Shown: one piece after another, positions 56,396-64,000 of the stretch
Layout of the letters: every line of letters starts with the position of its first letter
Numbering within the stretch: the first letter of the stretch is position 1
IMG/VR virus record: IMGVR_UViG_3300042400_000593
Origin: a virus
Taxonomy: Duplodnaviria; Heunggongvirae; Uroviricota; Caudoviricetes
Strand: one strand, 5' to 3'
DNA length: 64,000 bases
Notes under the pieces: generated by a model
Told to the model about the DNA's origin: nothing
The model's database searches: none
What the model saw: only the letters and a program-made list of their open reading frames with translations
Position numbers and translations under genes: made by a program

Positions 56396-56896
56396 TTAAG
56401 TCCATGAAAAAGTTAATGTAGCACCTTTTGAAGATGATGTGCTACTAGGTAATCCAGCATAAGTAGCTGTTATATCAGTATAAATAGGTCTACTAATAGA
56501 TAGACTAGGTATACTTGCAGGGATACTTATAGCTACCTGATCTATTGTACTAAAAGTACCCATATAAGTATTGACGTTACTTATACCTACATAAGTAGCT
56601 GCTATATCAGTATAAATAGGTCTACTAATAGATAGACTAGGTATACTTGCAGGGATACTTATAGCTACCTGATCTATTGTACTAAAAGTACCCATATAAG
56701 TATCGACGTTACTTATACCTACATAAGTAGCTGCTATATCAGTATAAGTAGGTCTACTAATAGATAGACTAGGTATACTTGCAGGGATAGCAACAATAGT
56801 AGTATCTATTGAATCTGTTACCCCTGTCTTTGAACTACTTCCTAGCCCTACATAGTCCCCAACAGTTATACTAGTATAATCTGATGCGACTGTCAT
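56396..56896 (-). CDS. Ser/Thr/Ile-rich protein built from 44-aa tandem repeats
   Basis: 132-nt period (56461, 56593, 56725), about 2.6 copies. Confidence 0.7.
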   Translation of the reverse strand: MTVASDYTSITVGDYVGLGSSSKTGVTDSIDTTIVAIPASIPSLSISRPTYTDIAATYVGISNVDTYMGTFSTIDQVAISIPASIPSLSISRPIYTDIAATYVGISNVNTYMGTFSTIDQVAISIPASIPSLSISRPIYTDITATYAGLPSSTSSSKGATLTFSWT

Positions 56897-59274
56897 ACAG
56901 GTATAGCAAACTGAGCAAAGTAGACATTACTGCCATATTGTCCCCCAGGTTTGTTAGGATTGCCAACGCCTTTAATTACTTTCATACGATCTCCTGCCCA
57001 TGAGATAATTCTGCTACCATCCATCCGAGCACCATTAAAACTTCCACCTTCCCAAATATAGTCTATACCATAGTTTGTAGAACCTCTCATAGCGGCGTTA
57101 GGTGCGCTGGTTTTGAAACTAAGCAGGTTAACTGTAAGGAAGTATGAGTTAGTGCCAGTACCTTTACACCACATAAAGAAGCCTCCACCAAATTTCATGA
57201 AGCCCATTCTATTAAATCTTGGTTGTTCATTTTGGTTTCCATAACTATTCCATGCATTAGGTACAGCCCAGCCTGTAATTGCCACTGCATCAGAGTCATT
57301 AATATAAGTAGAAGCACCGTTATTACTTTTATAAAGATATGGAGAGCATCCAATATACCAGCCAGATGCGCTAACTGCAGTAGTATTAGAAGAGCTAAAT
57401 GCAACAGCATAATCTTTATTTATTTGTGACCAACCGTATGGAAAGCCTGAACCTGCTAGGTTATTATTTGATGAAGGGCCTGTCACTACACCCCATGTAT
57501 TACCGTTATCTTTAAATAATGGTATAGTAGTGGAGAAAAGAGTGCCGCTATTATGTATCGGTACGAGAACAAAATTACCCTCATGTGTAACTTCAATACA
57601 ACCTGGATGCCCAGTAGTAGACGTACCGATAGTAGCAGTTACAAGTGTAGTCCATGGATTGGTAGTAAAAGTACCTGTAAGTGGCAAAGTATAACAAATA
57701 GTACTGATACCGCCTACTTGGGTGCCTACCATTAGCGTTTTATTGTTGATATTCATGCAAAAAATACTTTGAGCAACAGTAGCTGAACCTGGGTATACTA
57801 CACTAGTGGCCACAGTCTCATCTGTAATATCTAGCCTTTGAATTCTATCAGTTCTAGCAATATACACATATCGCTCACCGTCGTATTTAATATCTGCAAT
57901 ACGTGAGGTATTCGCATTAACAGCTGCAATAGGCGTTACTATAAAAGTTCTTAGATCAACACGAGAAAATTTATTTAGATCATCAAATATATACGCGTAG
58001 GTACCTATTACAACACAGTCAGTAACTGCAGAAGCACCAATAGATATTACGCCAGAACCTAGTTTAGCTACATAACTAAGTGGGTAGTTTTGTATCATAT
58101 TTGTTAAATTGTTATTAGATACCCAGAGATTATTAAGCAACCAGTGAGGTCTACTAGTTCCTGTTTTAGAAGCATTACCATCACTATCAGTAGCTACAGT
58201 AATCTTATTCATCTGATAGCCTGCTGGATACAGCATTTTTAGACCATATGCCGCACCATAATTAATAGGTGGGTTACTTTGCGCATTCATAATAGGCTTA
58301 AAAGGCAACGTTTGTGCTATTGATTGATTCCAGCCATTATATCTGAAATAAGCTTGTGACGGGCCTAGGGTGTACACTACTGGCTCTTGCTTATCAGTAA
58401 ACGGTGTGGGGTATACACAGACACCTAGATCAAACCCCCATACTCTCTGTAATGCATTTTTACCAGTACCGCCATCTTTAGTTCGAGGGAATGAACCTAC
58501 TTGGTGATAGCTCCCAGCTCCAGGTTTTGTAGATGCGCCACCAGTTGGTGAAACTTCTGCGTCACCCCTAACTCCCGCCATCATTGAATATTGGCATAAC
58601 CAGACATAGCATGGAAAATTAGCAGCAGCAGTATCATAGACGTCTTCACGCTCTAATTCAAATACGCCAGACCATGGTCCAGGATCTCCGTCAATAAATG
58701 AAGTAAGACATAGCCAGCGAGGATTTACCATCACTATAATATCAGCACAGCAATTATTAAAACCTATTGGAGAGCAATCAAAGTGTGTCCAGACTTCATT
58801 AGTAGGTTGGTGTGTTGTGGTATTCCACGATTCGCATGAAGATGTATTTAATACCATAGTCTGTTTATTATATCTAATAATAAAGTACTTATAGGTGCTA
58901 CCATCTTTATTTAAAGATCTAAATACTTGTGTAAATAAAATAGAACGTGGGTCAGGAGTATTAGCCACTACTGCATAAGCTATATCACCGCCCCAGAAAG
59001 CATCATAAAGAGACCATCCAGAACTTGCCTGCGCAGTAATGCCAGATGCTTGAGCAAATGTCACTGAGGTAGATGGTTGAATATTTACATTATAGGCAGT
59101 AGAGCCTCCAGCAGAAGTAGCCCCTGCAGCACCTGGCTGTGTGCCGATAATAGCGTCTGCAATAGTATCTGCAATAGTTGAAAAAGATGTCAGCGTTGCT
59201 GCACCCTCTACAGGCGTATAAGCCGTTGTAATTTGGACAGTACTCTGTCCTATGTAAGTAGCTGATATTGTCAT
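56893..59274 (-). CDS. Large virion-associated protein, probably with a beta-propeller region
   Basis: 793 aa; IKYDGERYVYI-type blades; lies in fibre cluster. Confidence 0.6.
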   Translation of the reverse strand: MTISATYIGQSTVQITTAYTPVEGAATLTSFSTIADTIADAIIGTQPGAAGATSAGGSTAYNVNIQPSTSVTFAQASGITAQASSGWSLYDAFWGGDIAYAVVANTPDPRSILFTQVFRSLNKDGSTYKYFIIRYNKQTMVLNTSSCESWNTTTHQPTNEVWTHFDCSPIGFNNCCADIIVMVNPRWLCLTSFIDGDPGPWSGVFELEREDVYDTAAANFPCYVWLCQYSMMAGVRGDAEVSPTGGASTKPGAGSYHQVGSFPRTKDGGTGKNALQRVWGFDLGVCVYPTPFTDKQEPVVYTLGPSQAYFRYNGWNQSIAQTLPFKPIMNAQSNPPINYGAAYGLKMLYPAGYQMNKITVATDSDGNASKTGTSRPHWLLNNLWVSNNNLTNMIQNYPLSYVAKLGSGVISIGASAVTDCVVIGTYAYIFDDLNKFSRVDLRTFIVTPIAAVNANTSRIADIKYDGERYVYIARTDRIQRLDITDETVATSVVYPGSATVAQSIFCMNINNKTLMVGTQVGGISTICYTLPLTGTFTTNPWTTLVTATIGTSTTGHPGCIEVTHEGNFVLVPIHNSGTLFSTTIPLFKDNGNTWGVVTGPSSNNNLAGSGFPYGWSQINKDYAVAFSSSNTTAVSASGWYIGCSPYLYKSNNGASTYINDSDAVAITGWAVPNAWNSYGNQNEQPRFNRMGFMKFGGGFFMWCKGTGTNSYFLTVNLLSFKTSAPNAAMRGSTNYGIDYIWEGGSFNGARMDGSRIISWAGDRMKVIKGVGNPNKPGGQYGSNVYFAQFAIPV

Positions 59275-59275
59275 A

Positions 59276-59986
59276 TTATCCGTGTGTAAATGTTAGTGAA
59301 AGATCTTTGCCAGTTGTTAAATTACAAGTGACAGTTAAAAACTCGGTAGTACTTAACGATAGGATTAACGGGATATTTGCAATCCTAGTAACACCTGCGG
59401 CTATTGGTATAGTTAACACAGGAGTAGCGTTTTTATTTACTACAACTGTACTTGCAATAGTCGGTGCTACACCTACGTCAACTGATACACTAGTTATTCC
59501 TATATTATTTGCCGGATAATATTTTATGTTACTACTCATAATCTCCAATAGCCCTGAAAAATTTGCCCTAAAACTTGAGTTAACTGTTTTATTTATCCAT
59601 TTGCTAGTAGTACTATCATAGCGTAAAAAGTCAGAATTTAACGGAGTAGTTAATGTTACATCTGTTAAGTTAGCAATAGAAGAATTACCACTAATTGTTG
59701 AAATAACACCATTGATTATGCTTATTGAAGTGCCATCTACTCGTACACCGCCTAACGCAGTTGTTGATGCAGTTGGTAAAACATAATTATTAGCAGCGAT
59801 AGTAATATCACCCGTTCCTAAAATTGAAGAACCGTTAATTGTTTTAATATTAGTATTTGAAATTAATGTAGGTTGCGCGCCTAATGCCGTTAATGCATCT
59901 GCTGCAGATGCAGCGCCGGTGCCACCGTTTGCTAACGGCAAGGTTCCGTAGTTCGTGCCCCTTAAAATTGAAGATAAATTTTTCAT
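59276..59986 (-). CDS. Short tail-fibre-like protein
   Basis: LPLANGGTGA, NIKTINGSSILGTGDI, YVLPTASTTALGGVRVDG. Confidence 0.75.
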   Translation of the reverse strand: MKNLSSILRGTNYGTLPLANGGTGAASAADALTALGAQPTLISNTNIKTINGSSILGTGDITIAANNYVLPTASTTALGGVRVDGTSISIINGVISTISGNSSIANLTDVTLTTPLNSDFLRYDSTTSKWINKTVNSSFRANFSGLLEIMSSNIKYYPANNIGITSVSVDVGVAPTIASTVVVNKNATPVLTIPIAAGVTRIANIPLILSLSTTEFLTVTCNLTTGKDLSLTFTHG

Positions 59987-60018
59987 TATTATACAATTCC
60001 TTTATTACGTATTTAGTA

Positions 60019-60297
60019 TCATACAGTTGGCCAGCTTACATCAAAAGGAAAACCTTCTTGTGTAGTAATAGTAAACGTACCTGATGTGCAATTTATAATT
60101 TTACCCAAGTCACCTGCTACAACTGTATATGCGCCTGTTATATTTGAAATGGTTTTTGTAGCACTTACTCCAGATGCTGCTGGAGCAGAACTAGTCCATG
60201 TATTTCCTGTGCTTGTTAAAACGTTTCCAGTATTTCCAGGCAACGGTAATACAATAGAAGTTGTACCTTTTAATACGGTTGACAAATTTTTTGACAT
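60019..60297 (-). pseudogene. Chimeric remnant: fibre N-terminus fused to a tail-assembly-chaperone-like C-terminus
   Basis: Copy of YTVVAGDLGKIINCTSGTFTI from 60333-62027 followed by TTQEGFPFDVSWPTV. Confidence 0.55.
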
Positions 60298-60332
60298 TAC
60301 TATCCCTGTTTAATTATATCTTTTGTTAATAT

Positions 60333-62027
60333 TTATGCGTATACAACTTCAGCTGAATTAATAGCTGCAACCCATCGGATATTTACACCGGCCTGTCCTG
60401 TACCTCTAATTAATAAGCCACCGTAGGTAGTATCAGCAACAAGCGTAAGACTCCACCCATTGGCATTGCTGATTGCAGTGACTGTGCCAACAACTAAGGT
60501 TGTAGTTGCTTCACTGGCACCTCTAACAATCATACCTTCTACTTTCCAAGCTGACGCATTGGTTGTTCCTTGTCGTTTAGCTACAACTGTACCTATAAAT
60601 GAATAAGCACATTGGTTAGTCATCAACATTATATATGCAGGACTACCTGTTGATCCAGTTGATGTTAGCGTTGTAGTTGTAGCATCAGTTGTATTTGCTA
60701 CAAAAATGAAATGACCTGTTTGCGCATTTCCTACACCTAACGCACCAATAGTTCCAAATGCCTGCCTATTGTGTTGACCCCTATCAGAAGCACAACCTCC
60801 TCCCAATGTTGCGCTGTATGGTCCATTTATCACGCTACTGTAAGAACCTATTGCTGCAGAATTATCCCCTGCTGTAGACGCATAACCACCTATTACAACG
60901 CTTCTATTCCCTGCTTGAGCACCCCATCCAATAGCCACTGAATAAGAACTATATGCGCTTGCTTGAGGACCAATAGCCACGCTATTAGTACCAGTTGCTC
61001 CATAACTACTTGTATTATTCCCAATACCTGCAGCAAAACTGTCTGTACCAGAAGCGTAAGAGCCACCTAATGCCATTGCTCCTGCGCCTGTGGCGGTGAC
61101 TGAACCATTAAATCCGGAATTGTGACCTAATGCAAAAGACGCAGATGCTCCGGCATTTGATAGATGACCAAACGCATATGCACCTTCTCCAGACGCGGTT
61201 GCACTATTTCCCAATGCCATAGATACATTGCCAGTAGATGTACTCCTACCAATAGTTTGACCCATATTTTCAGTATACCCACGCATTGGCTTTTTATTAT
61301 TAATTTGCCAATTTGTTCCGTCACATACTATGTCTAGACCTTCACCACGTCTTAATATAAGCGTGGCTACACCGTCAATTGTGCCTGTTGCAGGAGAAAT
61401 AGTAATTGCAGCTGTAGCAGTATTAGAAGTATTCCAAATAGTACAAGTAAACCCACTTCCGAGTGTAGCAGCGGCAGTTAAACTAATAGTAAACGTACCT
61501 GAGGTACAATTAATGATTTTACCCAAGTCACCAGCTACTACCGTGTATGCAGCTGTTATATTGGCAATTGTTTTAGTAGCACTTGCTCCTCCGCTAATAA
61601 CCAAATCACCACTACCTAGTAATGTTGTGCCATTGACAGTTTTAATATTAGTTGCAGATACTAGAGCAGCTTGCTTAGAGTTAAATGTATTCCAATCTGT
61701 AGATGTCAGATAACCACTTACTGATGCACTAGCTGTACCTAATGCAGCTTGCTTAGAGTTAAATGTATTCCAATCTGTAGATGTTAATATACCACTTACA
61801 GTTGCACTAGCATTACTTAAAGCAGCTTGCGCACCTAATGCAGTTAGCGCAGCTGATGCTGATGTTGCACCAGTTCCGCCTTGCGCTACACTTAATGCAG
61901 TAGTTAACCCAGTTAACGAGGTAATATCACTGTTAGCTCCAGAAGCAGCCATTCCAGCAACTGTGTCCCCTGTTTGTAATTCTTGTATTGTAGTGCCGTT
62001 AAGCACTAATGGATATCTTGCTGTCAT
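60333..62027 (-). CDS. Tail fibre with YadA-head-like repeats
   Basis: SVAIG..A.A...S.AIG repeats; internal 75-nt direct repeat near 61665-61790. Confidence 0.8.
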   Translation of the reverse strand: MTARYPLVLNGTTIQELQTGDTVAGMAASGANSDITSLTGLTTALSVAQGGTGATSASAALTALGAQAALSNASATVSGILTSTDWNTFNSKQAALGTASASVSGYLTSTDWNTFNSKQAALVSATNIKTVNGTTLLGSGDLVISGGASATKTIANITAAYTVVAGDLGKIINCTSGTFTISLTAAATLGSGFTCTIWNTSNTATAAITISPATGTIDGVATLILRRGEGLDIVCDGTNWQINNKKPMRGYTENMGQTIGRSTSTGNVSMALGNSATASGEGAYAFGHLSNAGASASFALGHNSGFNGSVTATGAGAMALGGSYASGTDSFAAGIGNNTSSYGATGTNSVAIGPQASAYSSYSVAIGWGAQAGNRSVVIGGYASTAGDNSAAIGSYSSVINGPYSATLGGGCASDRGQHNRQAFGTIGALGVGNAQTGHFIFVANTTDATTTTLTSTGSTGSPAYIMLMTNQCAYSFIGTVVAKRQGTTNASAWKVEGMIVRGASEATTTLVVGTVTAISNANGWSLTLVADTTYGGLLIRGTGQAGVNIRWVAAINSAEVVYA

Positions 62028-63604
62028 TAATTTACTCCTACCTGTGTAGTTGTTGAGTTGTTATTTAGTATTGGTAATATTCCCAATACTGCTAATACGC
62101 ATATCGTTCCGTATGCCTGTGAGGTTAGTATAGGAAGTAATCCTGCTGATATAACTACTGATATAGTAGAAGCTGATCTAGTTAAAATTGAAATAGATCC
62201 AACTCCTGCAGATGATCCTGCTACCCAACTAGCAGTAGTTCCGTTTGTAGTTAAATACTTACCGTTGTTACCAGTTTGACTTGGCAATGATATAGGCGCA
62301 GCTTGTGACACCCATGCAGTTCCGTTACTAGTTAACACATTACCGGATGCACCAACTACAGTTAACCCAGTGCCACCGTTTGCTACAGTCAATGCAGTAG
62401 ATAATGTGATTGATGTAGCAGATGCTGTACCTAAAATAGGTGTAACTAATGTCGGACTTGTCGAAAGTACAACATTACCTGATCCAGTAAACCCGTTCCA
62501 AAATGCAGACGACGTGCCTGATGGTGTTTCTAACAACTTCCAATTTGCTGTAGACGTTGTGTACATAAACGACACATACGTACCACTTACATCTAACATA
62601 AATCCAACACTGTCATCTTCAATAGTATTACCGTTTGCTAATAATGTAATTGCATTATTAGCAAACGTATTATTAATGTCAATTATACCAATAATAGCAC
62701 CATCATTTGGAGATGCAGGGAATGTTATATTAAACGCACTTGAAATAGTATTACATCTTACTAATTCATTTGCACTTGCAGTATAGGATGCAGTTTTGAT
62801 TGCAGTTGCAACCAAACCGGAACTAATTGTACTCCAAAGTGCAGTAGTTCCGTCTGTTGTTAGGTACTTACCTGAATTACTAGTTTGTGTTGGCAACGAG
62901 ACAGGTGCAGATTGTGATACCCAGGTAGTCCCGTCTGATGTTAATACATTACCAGATATTCCAGGAGCAACTGATTGTACTGCACTCAGGCCATTACCTA
63001 AAATTACACTGTTAGCCACAAGTGACGTAGCACCAGTACCGCCTTTAGTTACTGACAATGTTGCACTAAGTCCGGCTGCAGTACCTGTTGTGTTCTGATT
63101 AAAAGTAGGCCATGTAAATGTACCGGTACTAAAGTTACCGCTTACAGGTGTGCCTAATGCGGGTGTGGTATTAAACAACACACTAGCACCAGATTGATTA
63201 ACAATATCTCCACCGGGTGGTAATGTAATCTTACCACTATTATTAAACGCCCAAGTGTAGCCGTTATTTGTAACTGATAAACCACCACCGACTTGTAATG
63301 CGCCACCAATGCCAACCCCACCAGATACGGTTAATGCACCAGTAGACGGAGAAGTCGAACTAGTTGCAGCAGTAACTGATAAATTCGTAAATGCAGGACT
63401 TGCAGATGTTTGCAAGTCCTGAGGAGTATTAATTAAATCACTATAGTTATTACTAAGTGTGGCAATTGATTGGACACCACTAGCTGTTTTTTTAATAAAC
63501 AGTCGTCCATCATATGTATTAATTGATATTTCACCATCTAATAAATCGGTAACCAACGGTACCTTTGCAGATACCGAACTTCGTTTATGTAAAATGTGTG
63601 CCAT
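62027..63604 (-). CDS. Tail fibre-like protein
   Basis: MAHILHKRS....KVP....L.DGEI.INT.DG; GNVLTS.GT.WVS and GKYLTT.GT repeats. Confidence 0.8.
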   Translation of the reverse strand: MAHILHKRSSVSAKVPLVTDLLDGEISINTYDGRLFIKKTASGVQSIATLSNNYSDLINTPQDLQTSASPAFTNLSVTAATSSTSPSTGALTVSGGVGIGGALQVGGGLSVTNNGYTWAFNNSGKITLPPGGDIVNQSGASVLFNTTPALGTPVSGNFSTGTFTWPTFNQNTTGTAAGLSATLSVTKGGTGATSLVANSVILGNGLSAVQSVAPGISGNVLTSDGTTWVSQSAPVSLPTQTSNSGKYLTTDGTTALWSTISSGLVATAIKTASYTASANELVRCNTISSAFNITFPASPNDGAIIGIIDINNTFANNAITLLANGNTIEDDSVGFMLDVSGTYVSFMYTTSTANWKLLETPSGTSSAFWNGFTGSGNVVLSTSPTLVTPILGTASATSITLSTALTVANGGTGLTVVGASGNVLTSNGTAWVSQAAPISLPSQTGNNGKYLTTNGTTASWVAGSSAGVGSISILTRSASTISVVISAGLLPILTSQAYGTICVLAVLGILPILNNNSTTTQVGVN

Positions 63605-63613
63605 ATTAAGTTT

Positions 63614-64000
63614 TTAGAAAGTACCACCGTCTATGTCAGACCATGTAGGTAAGCCACCACTTAGCATTAAGACTTGACCATCGGTCGCCTTTGCTAATTT
63701 TGATAATGTGTTAGTTGCAGATGCATATAGAATGTCCCCTGCAGCATATGAAGTAATACCAGTACCGCCATATGTAGCACCAATTGCAGTACCGTTCCAA
63801 GTACCAGTTCCAACTGTACCTAATGTTGTAATACTAGTTTGACCGACGTATGTACTTGCGATATCAATGCTTGTACCAGATGATGTAATTCTATTTGCAG
63901 TACCGCCAACTGTTAATACACCTGATGCATATGATAAACCGTTACCAGCAACTGATGATGCAAGTTGTACATTTCCGCCACTTATTGTAATACCGTTAGC
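63614..64000 (-). CDS. Tail fibre-like protein, C-terminal part (start outside window)
   Basis: ANGITISGGNVQL...GTWNGTAIGATYGGTG...GLPTWSDIDGGTF*. Confidence 0.75.
   Translation of the reverse strand, partial: ANGITISGGNVQLASSVAGNGLSYASGVLTVGGTANRITSSGTSIDIASTYVGQTSITTLGTVGTGTWNGTAIGATYGGTGITSYAAGDILYASATNTLSKLAKATDGQVLMLSGGLPTWSDIDGGTF

Noticed and set aside
53280-64000. Diversity-generating retroelement or invertible cassette acting on tail fibres
   Set aside because: No reverse transcriptase, no adenine-specific TR/VR pair and no invertase seen in the window

Overview
AT-rich segment of a large T4-like (jumbo) myovirus genome, probably infecting a proteobacterium (DnaK, IbpA, FeoA and NtrC-type HTH look beta/gamma-proteobacterial; this is inference). 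Most genes are on the minus strand behind strong sigma70-like TTGACA-N16/17-TATAAT promoters. Scattered genes follow T4-late-like TAAATA boxes. Contents: DNA ligase; two RNA ligases (Rnl1, Rnl2) with a kinase and phosphoesterases; a proteostasis set (ClpP, ClpS, GroES, DnaK split by a group I intron, Hsp20, parvulin); IF-1; five tRNAs; a circularly permuted two-piece tmRNA; a curli-type CsgG/CsgF/curlin/FecR/CHASE2-cyclase cluster; a plcP-agt lipid-remodelling pair; hemO-pcyX bilin genes; several homing endonucleases; and a tail-fibre cluster at the right end. Non-coding signals stand out most. First, about 11 copies of a covarying bulged-stem RNA motif occur, four carrying circularly permuted tRNA-like modules (YrlA/Y-RNA architecture) and two lying directly upstream of a TROVE-like DUF2828/vWA gene. 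Second, a ~300-nt RNA rebuilds the 23S rRNA GTPase-associated centre (H42-H44) around a 238-nt structured insertion. Third, seven unrelated proteins share an N-terminal M[KR][IV]xE[IL][IL]x(0-1)E leader resembling a capsid-targeting signal. All calls were made by eye without database searches.
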